Of a stretch of 64,000 nucleotides of DNA, positions 12,801 through 24,660 are shown in pieces (within the stretch, counting starts at the first letter, position 1; the number at the start of each line of letters is the position of its first letter). Source of the DNA: Phoronis australis (taxonomy: Eukaryota > Animalia > Phoronida); NCBI GenBank assembly GCA_002633005.1, contig NMRA01000428.1, positions 232,036 through 296,035 on the forward strand, written 5' to 3'. The position numbers were made by a program, and so were the translations under genes. The notes beneath the pieces were generated by a model. The model saw only the letters and a list, made by a program, of their open reading frames with translations. It made no database searches and had not been told where the DNA came from.

Positions 12801-15800
12801 TTTACTGTAAATTTCCCATTCAGTGACCTTACACGAAGCTAAAAAAATAGTTGAAATAATTTTGAAATGTTTTTTTGTTTGACTGTCAACTGCTGTTCAG
12901 GACTTGATTCGGTGTCACAAAATGATTCATATTTTTCTAAATTTTGAGTCTCAATTGCTTTCAAGACATGTTTTGTAACTTATTGCCTCTTAATTCAGGT
13001 TATCAAGTCAACAATATGAATAATCTTAATTTGAGAAATAAGCTATGTTGGATTGTGAAGCTTCAAGCCTCTAATTCTTGTTCCTTGCAACTTCATATTT
13101 TTTAAATGATGCTTGTCAAATTCTGGTGTAAGGAAACACTATTCCATCACCATGGTAATAGTTACATGTATGTCCACTTTCATATCATGGAAACTTTGCA
13201 CAGTTCGCCAGAAGTACCCAAGTTCTAAACAAATCTCGTTTGAGCGAGCGCTGCGGCCAGCGACCAGTTAGACCTAAGGGTAGCCTTGGCGCAAAGCTGT
13301 ACTGTATAGGCCTATTAACGAGCTGTATTTTGACGATAGTCTTCACTGGTAGCTGGCACTGAGGCTAACTAAGGTCTGCCGCGGCAGTGTGACACAGGAC
13401 TAACCAGCCCGTAATTTCATGCAAGTGTCTGAAACTACCCTTGAATATATGCAGCATTTATGATTTGACCATTTTACTTCGACAAAACAGCTTGCAACCT
13501 CATGCGTTTACCGTTCGCCAGTGTCTGGTCTCGATCGGCTACGGGTCCGATAGGCTGCGGTCCGGAGTCTGGCAAAATAATTTCTGTCAAAATTTACTCG
13601 TCACATTTCTTCAGCAAATTCGATAAAATTGTCGGTATTTTGATTTTATTAAAATTAAGGCGCGCTGTCGATTATTTTATCCCCGTTTGCAGGCTGGTAA
13701 CAGGCACTCACACTGACGGCGTTTTCTTAGCCTGGGTTCCTGAATGAATTGTACTTCCGGGTTCGCGGCAAGTTCAAAATGGCAGTGGTTCTTCGGGTGC
13801 GAATCGTGAGTGGCGCGTTCATTTGAACTTTTTTCGAGTACGGATCGTGTATTAGTTATGGGGTAGGTACTTCTTGGATCCTTATAACATCCTCTAACCA
13901 TGTACAAAGGGTTAACAACACGTGAGAGAAGGACTTTAAGTGTTTCTGCGTTAGTGTGTGGTTGCGTAAAAGCATTTTAATGAATAAACTGTTCAATACA
14001 TGCCGTATAGTTTAATAAACACCTGCAGCAATGACGTTGGCCAATCCCCGTGATCTAATCGTTGCACTCGAAAGTTGTCTCGAAAACTGACAAATTCATG
14101 GAACGCTCCTTGCGTCACCACTTTCCGAGTCATTTTTGACACACTGTTTTGTGAATGCCGGGATCGGCCAGTTGTAAAACGCCTGTCGATGTTTTCCAAA
14201 GAACCAATCAATGTTAAGGTCGCAATAGTTTGCTGAACAAAACAATCAGATCGTAATGTTTGGATCTGATTGACACCAGCAAAGGCTGTCGACCATGACA
14301 TCGATGAAAGCTTAAGAAAAAATTGCTGGCTACAGTTACAATAAATGTACAGCATTGGGTGGCTTTAAAAAGGATTTTGTGAGCCCGACAACTAGCTGGC
14401 TGACCGTTACGGCGGCGAAAGTAACCGATTCATTCCTTTTAGTGTTTTATAGCGTGCGTACAATAAAACAACTGCTTGTTTGTCAATCATAGTTTTACTA
14501 CAGCTTATTTTCGTTTAGAAAGGGGTGTAAGACAATTTGATTCATTGTCGCGCCCATAATTTTGCCTAGCTGTTGAATTTATGGCTAATTATATACGAAA
14601 TAGTAATTTTATTAAAGGCATATATGTTGAGAAAACTGAAGTTAAAATTCTCCAGTATGCAGATGACACTACCTCACATTACTGTTTTGTCCACAGCTAA
14701 ATATTAAGAAATGTGAAAGGTTATATCTAAAATAGGTTGAGAAAAAGAGTGTTCTGAACCACTTGATTGCTTCAAGTTGACTGGCAAACCAATCAAGAGT
14801 ATCGGTATATTTGTTAGTCATCACAAGCTAGAAAATGATTTTTTTTTTAAATTTTGAATTCAATATTAAGTTTTTTAAAATTTTCTTGATATCTGGAAAA
14901 GTCGTAACATTCCATTGTTAGGCAGAATCAATGTAATTAAAACTTTTGCGCTGTCTCAATTAATTTATGTTATGAGCAATTTAGGAATTGACAGCGAACG
15001 TAGAGCTGAGTTAAATACTATAATAAAAAATTTTGTTTGGCGAAATAAAGCACCCAGAATTAAACAAAATGTGGCTGTAAACTCCCATAAAAAGGGTGGT
15101 TTGTCAGTTCCTTATATCAATATTATGTTCAAGTCCTTACTAATTAAATCAGTTTTTGACCACAATAAGATTAAAAACCGGACGATAGCCGCACAGATAA
15201 AAAAGTTCATGTTCAATTCAACGTTTCGTCTTCATCATTAGACATCATCAGGATCATATTACAACAATTTAGGACAACAGTACTGACTATATTCTCTGTT
15301 TTTTTTATGGATGTTACCTCAGCTGCATGTTGGCACTTGTTGTCCTAAATTGTTGTAATATGATCCTGATGATGTCTAATGATAAAGACGAAACGTTGAA
15401 TTGAACATGAACTTTTTTATCTGTACGATTATCGTGCGGTTTTTTCAAGGCATTACTAGTTAAGTGGGTTACGCGTTGCTTAATAGATGGACACAATAAG
15501 TTTTTAAATTGTTTCCAAGGTATATTTTCAAAACATACGGGGTAGTTTGATCTTTAAATCGAATGATGATTGAAATATGCTGCCTCTTGCAAATATTGAT
15601 AGCTTTTAGCATGACATCTTGGTTGCTTGGGAAGAAATTGGTGTCATTTACATAAGGACATAACAATTGTAAACCAAGCTGTGTGGAATAACAAAAATAC
15701 GTGTATATTGAGTAATGCAAGGACTGTATATTTAATAGTTTCTTTGAGGCTGGTATAATTTTGTGAAGGATCTTTTGAATTTTGATAATAAATTTCTGAC

Positions 15801-16298
15801 GTGGAAGGTTTTGAACGATAGACATAAGCTTTCAAATTGGATTCATTATGCTGCTTTGAGACGTGCGATTAAGTTGAAAGCTGAGCGTTCCATGTCAAAA
15901 TGTATAAAAAAATACTCTCCGGTCAAGTGAAATAAAGACTGTGTTTTCTAGAAATATTTTTCTTTCCAAAATTGTTTCGCCTCCTGATGTAAACTTTGTG
16001 GTGGGAAATTCAGAAACTTTTAATTTATGTAACTGCACAAAACGATTTAACCTTAGATAAGAATGTTATTTTGACAGCATATTTTGGATATAATTTCAAA
16101 GATATTAATATCACATTAACTATTGTCAGTGTTTCATTCATAAATGCTCTAGAGACCAGATTATTCCTAGACATTCACACTTTCAATGTTTCTTGTATAT
16201 TTATTGAAATATACAACACTGTGAAACTGCCTTTTATTAACCCTCAATACTTTTTTTAGATTAGATCAACCGTGAAATTGTATTATTTAGATATGTCC

Positions 16299-16340
<42 letters not shown>

Positions 16341-18281
16341 GTGTGTGTGTGTGTGTTTCGTTTGCATACAACGCATTGTTGTATGTCTTAGTGTATTTAG
16401 AAATAAAATGTTTATATAAAAAACAATCAGGAGCGCCACCGCTAGACTAAAATGTGAACAACAAACAAATGTTTATAGTTAAGCCCACAAGAAAGTAGAG
16501 AGGGAAAGTTACTTCAATCAAAAATCGGATGCGCATCATTTTAGCGGAATTGATGTCACGACGTCAGAATTTGTTGACAATGGTAAACGTTCATTTCTGA
16601 AAACTTTCCGACAGTGCAAGTTGCAGACAGATTAGGATTTTTTCAAATAAAATGAGTCTGAATGTAAAGTTGTTTACTTTGACTCATTCGAAGTGGTAAG
16701 TGACCTTTTGACTGGTCAGATATCGGCTTAGTTGGCCCGTTAATTAACATCGGATCATGCGATATACAAGAAAAATTAATTTCCACTTTTAGACTATAAT
16801 TGGTGGAACATTCTGTGTTTTGTTTTGTTTTGTTTAATTCATACAACGACAAGTTTCGACCTTACATGCACAATCTGTCACTGCAAAAAATCTGAATGAT
16901 CCAGACGATTTTCCTTCTTTGAACCGGGACTGGAACATCGGACCTTTTGCTAACCGTGGGAGATGCTCATTAATATGTTTGATAGAATTTTCTGTATTCG
17001 ATCGGTTGTCATGGAGACTCAGTGGAGTAGAGCGTCTGCAAGGATTGCAAACAAGTCCTGAGTTCGAGTCGCTGTTGGGGCAGTAACTTTTTCAGACTTC
17101 TATTCATTAGGTGGCCTTAGGTGTCGTGCTGGCCAGACTTACAAATGTTTGCAATTGGTGATTACCTTACGTAAAAAGGGGAAAAAAAGACCAGACCCGT
17201 GCAGTTGCGAGCTTACATGCGCGATCAGGCAAATAGGTCACAAACTGTATAAAGTCAACTCACCTTTTAGGGAACTTGCCCATCACACAAGCTAACACAG
17301 GCGAAACCACGAGAAAACTCAAGGATGCAATTGACAGGGCGCTAGCTACAGATGCATAGTTGCTATTGGTTCGTTTGATGAGCTCTGGTAAGCAGATACC
17401 AATGTTCGTAAATTGACAACCCTGGGAACAAATATGAAACCGAATGACAAAATGGGAGTGTTAACTAAGCCCTGGCAGAACCACGTGTAATTTTATCGCT
17501 CCGAGAATCCCACATGCATCCGACTATCGAAACAAATTAAAGACGGGCCACACATTAATATTGCAAATTTTAAACGTCTTTTCTATTTGTTACGCGCTAT
17601 TATAAGAAGAGTGTGCATTTCCGTCGAGTCCTCATGGCGTGTATTGCTAGAATCGGTTTGTTCATGTTTGGTGGTTCTCGAAAACAAAGGCCAAGGGGTA
17701 TAAAATTACGTAATTACAATGAGTTTTCAATGATTGCAAGGGATGGAATAGAAAATCACTTTGTTTTGCAATTTATACATATTCATTTTTATAAGTTTAG
17801 AGGGTCAGAAAGGTATTTTTAGGTATTCCAAAAAAGTCAGGTGTTTTTGTGTACTATTTAACGTAAACTACATGCATTTTCTCGTTTTGTCTAATCTTAA
17901 ATCCTACCTCATCTAATTTACACACAATATATGCATTAAAGCAATAATTAGAGAGTTAATACCGCAGTTTTGGGAATACGTAGCAACAAATTGTTCCGTC
18001 TGCAAAAAGGTAATTATCAATGGCAATTTTGCGTTGGGTTAGACTTTCATTTGAAACCAAATCACACAGACTAATATTAACTGATTGCGTAAGCCCAGGG
18101 CCCTCTTTTTGCGTAAGAGCAGCAAAAATGTGAATAAACTTACCACCGCAAAAAAGACTAGAGTGAATGCCATCGATTTACAAATGAAGTAATTTCGTGT
18201 TCCCACTGGAAGATGGGGTTGCAATATTTCCTCAACGGGTTCTCCTTTGTCAGCCTTCGGATGATTTCTCCCATTCGTCAT
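8689..18281 (-). CDS. 4-exon MFS transporter gene, MFSD4 / sodium-dependent glucose transporter 1 (NaGLT1)-like, ~537 aa; join(complement 18144..18281, 17264..17421, 11351..11484, 8689..9872)
   Basis: All three introns have GT..AG ends with compatible phases (0, 2, 1). Exon lengths 138+158+134+1184 = 1614 nt = 537 codons + stop. The product has many hydrophobic segments and MFSD4-like motifs (G..LPEL, LHL..GF.LGQA.TPL, FAIESDLKF.K.EAAYL). Family call is from motif recognition. Confidence 0.85.
11351..11484 (-). CDS. MFS transporter exon 3 (SNLVIAFGCIVGALFYAMMPIAPSVEVLGVLRF...)
   Basis: Acceptor tttcag, donor GTAAGT, phases match both neighbouring exons; hydrophobic. Confidence 0.8.
11791..13935. 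mobile_element. Non-autonomous Kolobok-type element in MFS intron 2
   Basis: Perfect 13-bp TIR AGTCCTTCTCTCA / TGAGAGAAGGACT, each flanked by TTAA. Confidence 0.8.
15212..15258 (-). ncRNA. Minimal hammerhead ribozyme motif (left arm of inverted pair)
   Basis: Minus strand CTGATGA-T-GTCT-aatgatga-AGAC-GAAA-CGTT. Confidence 0.7.
15360..15403 (+). ncRNA. Minimal hammerhead ribozyme motif (right arm of inverted pair)
   Basis: CTGATGA (15366-72) T GTCT aatgataa AGAC GAAA (15390-93) CGTT; palindromic AACGTT in place of stem III. Confidence 0.7.
17008..17090 (+). repeat. tRNA-derived SINE-like head (degenerate)
   Basis: A-box-like ACTCAGTGGAGTAGAGC and B-box GAGTTCGAGTC, then a T-run; no foldable cloverleaf. 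Confidence 0.45.
17264..17421 (-). CDS. MFS transporter exon 2 (GCQFTNIGICLPELIKRTN...GKFPK)
   Basis: Acceptor ttcccag, donor GTGAGT, open frame with TM segments; not in the ORF track. Confidence 0.8.
18144..18281 (-). CDS. MFS transporter exon 1 (MTNGRNHP...FTLVFFAV)
   Basis: ATG at 18281 (alternative in-frame ATG at 18299); donor GTAAGT at 18143-18138; phase 0. Confidence 0.75.
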
Positions 18282-18354
18282 ATTTTGTAAACAACTCATT
18301 TGTACTGTTGAGTTCCAACAGCAGTGTTCCCTGCTGTCAAAGAATTACAAACTG

Positions 18355-19915
18355 AAACAAAAAAAGAAAAGCAACGTGGAGCATTGAAATGTTCCCATGA
18401 AGGTACCACAAACGGTGGGCTTTCAGGGGTGTTTATTTGTGGCACAGAAATAGCAATTACATTGCGCAAATTAAGTCGAATCGATCCCAAACCTGGAACG
18501 TGTCATCGCTTCTTTGATAGAAAGCTTCTACCAAATTGCCACTAGTGGGATATGGGCGGAAAAAATAACAGTAGTGAAAGTCGTCGGAAAATCATCGCCA
18601 AGCGTCCCCTTCACACTAAGAAAATGTATGCCAATTGATAGACGGGCAGACGCAAAAAAACAGCCTACAAAACAGTAAAATTGGCAACTAGATGGCACAA
18701 TATACGACAAATCTATCCGAAAACAGGAACATTTCATTGTCTCAGTAAAAAGTTATTTGCCAAATTTCATAAAATTCCGTCAAGGAGATTGAAAAGAGAG
18801 AAAAACAGAGGAAAACGGAAAAAAATTGCCACTAGGGGGCACGGAGTTTATCTGAAAGTCGTTGCCGTCCGTTGTCAACTTCATATAAATACACTTGCTT
18901 AGTGTAATAAAAATCGTGCGGAGAATTTTTGGGAGATACAGCCATAGGCGTAAGTAAAACAAAACTGCCACCAGGAGGCGCCACAGTAATCGAGGTCCTG
19001 GGAAAATCATCGAGAGCCGCCCTCTTCACAGTGGGAATATACTTGCCAATTTCCACAATCATCCTTAGACTAGTTTGGTTGATAGAGGGGCAGACGCTAA
19101 AAAAGCAGACTTGAGAACAATAAAAATGGCACTCGGTGGCGCAAAATACATGTACCTTGAATCCATTCTAAAACGAATAAATAGTATAACCTCACTAATA
19201 GATGCATATCCGCCAAATTTTATTGAAATCCGTTGAGGAACGTAAAAAAGCTAAACTTGCCACAAGGGTTCATACCGCTAGTCCGCTCTGCCAGAAATCC
19301 GTCGTCGTCCGTTGTAGACTTCATCTAAATACATTTGCTAAATATAATAAAGATCATGAAGAGCGAAGTTTAGGAGATACAGCCATGAGAACAAAAACAA
19401 GCAAAACTGCCACTAGTAGGCGCCACAGCAATCGAAGTCGTAGGAAAATCATCGTTAGCCATATTCTTCACAGTACTAATGTATACGCCAGTTTTCACAA
19501 TCATCCTTAGGGTGGTTTGGCTGACACTGGGCCGGTGGACGCCAAAATACAGTCTCGAAAACAGTAAAAATCCCACTAGGTGGCGTATAATACTTTCATT
19601 CTATCTGAAAATGTAAGGATAGCGTCATTTCACTAGTAAATGCCTAACTGCCAAATTTCATGAAAATCTGTTAGGGCACCCGGAGATACAGAAGTAAACG
19701 TAAAAATAAAACTGCCACTAGGGGGCACACCTGTGGACGGGTAGATCTGAAATTCGTCGTTATCCGTCGCCAACTTCTTAGAAACATATCTGCCAAATCT
19801 CATTAAAATCCTGTGACGGGTTTAGGAGATTCAGCTGCGGACGACGGACCCCGGACGCCCTGACAGAGATCAGGGCAAGATGCACCCACATATAATTATG
19901 TGGGAATATAAAACG
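18355..19915 (+). mobile_element. Helentron-derived (HINE/pearl-like) non-autonomous element with an internal ~145-bp tandem array (higher-order trimer ~435 bp)
   Basis: Absent from copy A; nine repeat units; GGAC/GACG-rich stretch at ~19838-19860; terminal hairpin CCCACATA-TAAT-TATGTGGG at ~19885-19904. Confidence 0.6.
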
Positions 19916-21558
19916 AAAACAGAATTTCAACGTTGATATTGAACTTCACTCGTCAAATACAACATGGGATATTATGATTGTTTCATACTCTTCACCCGTG
20001 TGAAAAGATTCCTGAGGGTATATTGCGTAAGAAAGGTGTGTTCTTAAGTATGGATTACATAATACTTGCTGTTTTGATAACTGACGAGTACGGTGGTAGT
20101 AAAAGGACAGCAAGGCAACTTTTCTCTGTTACTAACTCTGTCGGTAGAGTTACTACCACTCTCGATAGTCTTACTATCTCTATCGATAGACTTATCAACT
20201 CTATCGATGGTCTTACTAACTCTATCGATAGACTCAGTAACTCTATGGCTAACTAATATACACCTGAGCTCGTTTTCAGAGTCCGTCAATGGTAATACGT
20301 TTGCAATATTGTCTAAAATCATGGTTCTTAGATCACTGCACTGTTGATTTCAAGTTTGACAGTATGTTGGCTTTTGCTGTGGCTCAGGAACTCATATGTA
20401 GGCACGGAACAGACTGTTGAACTTTTCGAATTGTTTTTAATTGAGTAGACAAGCTTTTGTGGTGTATTAGTTGAATAGTTGTGTTGCGTATTATTTATTT
20501 CAAAGTACATATTGAGTATGACGGTACCTGTAAGTAAGATACAATGTATGTCTAGGATGGACTTAAGTCGTTCTTTTTGTTTCTTTTGTTATACATGTAC
20601 CGGTATATACAAATGATGATGCAGTAACTCTAAGCAAGATACACGTAGGTGGGAGATGGTTCTTAAGAGTCAACGATTCGTTACTTTCAGAATGGTAAAC
20701 TTGTCGACAATGGCTTCCAGTTTTGAAGGTGTGCTGACCATTGGGTCGGAGTGCCATGTTTTAAACGCCTGTTTATCACAGAGGCAATCAGGTTGTGTGC
20801 AGTTGCCAATACGACAGTATTGATAATTTATGAGACTTGTTATTGAGTTATATGGAGTTACTGGATTTAATGTTTTTTACTAAATAAATATTCAATAAAT
20901 ACTATTAACGTTTCACTGCAAACATTTACATCTGGTATCAAAATTGTATGTATGAGCAAAAAGTGTAGCATCGGAACAAACCGTTTGAATTCGTCATGAA
21001 CAATTATTTATTATAAGCCTAACTACATCCCAGTACTTTTTGTCTAGTGACTATATAAGTATCCTCATTGGCCAATGTTAGATGTTAATACCAGCGCCTT
21101 ATTGTTTTTCCTTGTTTTTCATTTTTGTTATCTCTGTAACAGGGATTTGATTATAGCAAGTCTCGGTAGGGTTTACATGTATTGTCTGTTATTTTTAGTG
21201 CCTCTGCGCTGGTGTGGCTCTTACTAACCCTTGGTACATACCTTTTCTGCATTAAACTCGAAGCTCAGATCAAACTGTGCTCTGTTAGTGCTATTTGTCA
21301 ATTTGTCATTTTTTCCGGCTGTATGTACAAAAATTCTTTCCCTCACCCGTGAACCAGGATGCTAGGGAAAGTTTTTGGATTTATGTTTTTAGGGTTTTGT
21401 AACTATGTAACATTGACCTATATCTGGGAAGGGGGATATTGCCTTTACAAGACCTGTCTATCACATAGCTCGGAAGTCATATATTGGAGTTTTTGTTTAC
21501 AGGTCTATGAATCTGCGTATCATTGTCTTTTCATTGACATTTACCTAGTATCTAAAAG

Positions 21559-22770
21559 ATGATTAACGTTATGTCTTTAAACTGCAGAGGTTTACGAAAT
21601 TTTCAAAAGCGTAATGATGTTTTTAATTATCCAAAAGGAAAAAATATAATATTTATTGTCTCCAAGACACGCATTTCATAGAATCAGACCATGACGTGAT
21701 TAGGGCCCAGTGGGGCTTTGACATTTTTGTGAGTCCAGGTAGAAGAGAAGCAGGGGGTGTGACTATCCTAATTAATAATAATTTTGAATATGAAATTACA
21801 AATTGTTATAATGATGAGAAAGGCAATCATTCAATTATTGAAATAGTGTTGGGAAAAATTATGACAGTCACCCTAGCCTGCATATATGGTCCTAACCAAG
21901 ATTCTTCACTTTTTATGAAAACATAGCAGATCCCATCTCTTTGTTCAACTCCGAATTTATTGTTCTGTGCGGAGATTCGAGTTTGGTCCTAGATTATGAC
22001 CGGGACTGTTTTGGTTATCTCAATCTGAACAATCCTCAGGCCAGAAAAGCAGTTTTAAACTTAAAGCAAGCATTTAATTTGGTTGATCGTTGGAGAGTCT
22101 ATAATCCGGACCGTACCTCTTTTACATGGAGTTGGAAAAACCCAGTTAATAAATCACGCCTTGACTCTCTTCTAATTTCCGACGAGTTATTATCTTCGTT
22201 AAACGCGGTAGAAATAAACCCAGGCTACAGAACGGATCATCCAGCCATTCGGTTGGAGGTCAAGTTGCACTCTTTTGAACGTGGCAGACGCTTATGGAAA
22301 TTTAATAATTCTCTACTCCGAGACAAAAAGTATGTGGAACTAGTAAAAATTATTATTCAAGAACCAAAATTGAATATGCTCCTGACATTGACGAAGATTT
22401 ACTGTTTAACATGTTCCTACTAAACATTAGATTTTTCACTCTGTCATATAGTGTTTTAAAAAATAAAGAAAAAAAGAAAACTGCATTTAGAAAGATTAAT
22501 AAATACTGTCCACCGGTTCGTTCAGAATACTGATTTTCAATTTTTTAGCGTTAGGCTAGAAATTCGTCAGGCCGAGTACGAAGAAATTAGAAGGGAATAC
22601 ATTAACGGTTAAATACTGAGATCTCGTGCTAAGTGGATAGAAAATGGTGAAAAACCAACAAGATATTTTAGTAATTTAGAAAAACGTAATCTTGTTAATA
22701 AAAATATCTCAAGTTTAATAGATGACAAGGGTACATTGATCTGTAGTCAAAAGGGAATTCTGGAGAGAGG
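21559..22770 (+). mobile_element. L1/Tx1-type LINE ORF2 5' relic (APE endonuclease), disrupted
   Basis: SLNCRGL, CLQDTH, GGVTIL, IYGPN, SRLD, TDH, LWKFNNSLL, RSRAKWIENGEKPTRYF; stops and frameshifts. Confidence 0.85.
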
Positions 22771-23229
22771 TAAACCTCCAAATCTAATTATATTAACAAA
22801 AGTAATTAACAGTTATTACTCCTGTGAAAAATATATTTATTCAAAAAATTTACAAATGGAAAAATTTACAAACAGGTGGCCACGAATGCATAATTTAATA
22901 GCAATGAAAGGATATTTTATCATTCCAAAATACTATCTCCCCTTTTCAGAGTCTTATACTACTACACTGTCTTGTATGTTTTTTTCTTTAAATGTACTTC
23001 TAAAATCCGGTTCAAGCATACATTTAACTTAGTAAACTTTAATTTCATTGAATTGTAAAGTAAGGCAAGGGAACGAACCCCAGACCTTTGTCCTTGTTTA
23101 TGTCGAACTGGGAGAATAAAAAACTATTTATTATAGGTCTTCAAGGAAGAAAAATATGAATGAGTGACAAATTAAATTTAAATTAAAAGGCTCCGGTGAT
23201 AGCAAATTGTTATGAAAAAGGATCTAGAC

Positions 23230-23650
23230 AACGAAAAGGGATTGTCACCCGGAAATAACGTTTTGTTAGGTTCACTTTTTGAAAATATATCCTCCGAACT
23301 AGCCTTTTACAACGTCTGGGTTCAACTCCAGACTGATCAATGACAGTTAACAACTGCCAAATTGTGCCTCGTGGTAAGTTAAACCATTTGCTACGCACTT
23401 CTGATGCATAAATGTATAACCGTGCACCTTACATGAACCCGCGACGTGTTCTTCAACAAAATTAACCATTTCATCAAAATCAGACATATTTTTAAGGCGC
23501 TGAAGTGCATAAGTCACCAAATACACGTCGCAAATTACCTTATGCTCAGTGACGCTCCAAAACAACGTTTGAGTACCTTTATTATTTCATTTTGAGTCAG
23601 TCCTGGCTTGAATAAAGCGACAATGGTGCTGCACTATATCTCATTATAAA
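23230..23650 (-). mobile_element. Transposase N-terminal relic, IS3EU / integrase-core type
   Basis: Frameshifted GSCKVHGYTFMHQKC...LLTVIDQSGVEPRRCKRLVRRIY resembles the G..HGYR.MH..C...DP.GV..R....L.RR.Y motif. Confidence 0.55.
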
Positions 23651-23784
23651 TATCTTGATGTTTCTATCACACCTAAATTGTCATGGTCAAAAGTGACAAG
23701 AACTCTTTCTTGTCAAGCAAATAAAGCTACATCAGGTGTTTTGAAATTACAGCGCAGATGTCGCGATATGCCCCCATCACTTGC

Positions 23785-24660
23785 CTTTCAGTTATTTGAT
23801 AAACTGGTGTTATGGTGCAGAGATTTGGGGTTTTAAAGAATACGAGTGTTTAGAAAAAATTCATTTAAAATTTTGTAAATGGACCCTGGGACTTGGCAGT
23901 TCTTGCTCTAACGCTGCAGTATTGGGTGAATGTGACTGATACCCTATGTTTTCTGTTATCCAAGGGCCGCTTACAACATGTTGTACAGACTAGATGAAAA
24001 TGGTAGACATATGTATAATTGGGCAAGCTCAGTCTGCAATTTATTGTCAATGTATGGTTTCTATGATGTTTGGGTATACCAAGGAGTTGCATGTCAAGAG
24101 TCGTCTTTAAATATTTTTTCACAACGGGTTAAGGACTGTGCTTTGCAAAGGTGGCATTCCGATGTTGATTCCAATTCTGAGTTACTCAGTTACTATTAGA
24201 AAAATTTTAAGGTTGTATTTAAACATGAAAACTATTTAAAAATTGAAAATCTTCCAAGAGTGTTCGTGCAAAGTTTTACACGTTTTCGATGTGCAAACCA
24301 CAGACTGGCAGTAGAAACTGGTCGTCACGTAAATGTGATATATCAAGACAGAGTGTGTACATTATGCTCGAGGAATTGTGTCGAGGATGAATATCACTTT
24401 TTGTTAGTTTGCGACGCTTTTTCCGAAATCAGAGTTATGTTTATAAGTGAGAGCCTCTGGACAAGTCCATCTTTGTTTAAATTTCATAGACTATTATGTA
24501 ATCCCGATATTTCAGTTGTGAAATATATATAATACGCATCTAAAAAACGGAACAGCTTGCGCATTACTGACTAGTGTGCATAGCACTCCAATGATCTTGT
24601 TTGCTTGTTTGTGGTACTTTGAGCCGAAGGCCATGTGTACAAATAAAGGAAGAAGAAGAA
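23785..24660 (+). mobile_element. 5'-truncated non-LTR retrotransposon 3' end (RTEX/L2-type)
   Basis: EIWGF, LEKIHLKFCK..LG, NAAVLGEC, HRLAVETGR...RVCTLC...VEDEYHFLLVC; AATAAA followed by a (GAA)n tail. Confidence 0.8.

Larger units (their letters stand above)
14500..16425 (+). mobile_element. Decayed L1/Tx1-type LINE 3' fragment (RT region) in MFS intron 2
   Basis: IKGIYV...EVKILQYADDT, SLLGRINVIKTFALSQLIY, KKGGL.VP motifs; frameshifts; AATAAA and A-rich tail at ~16402-16425. Confidence 0.75.

Noticed and set aside
16845-16890. Further hammerhead candidate (minus strand GGTC-GAAAC-TTGTC)
   Set aside because: No CUGANGA core
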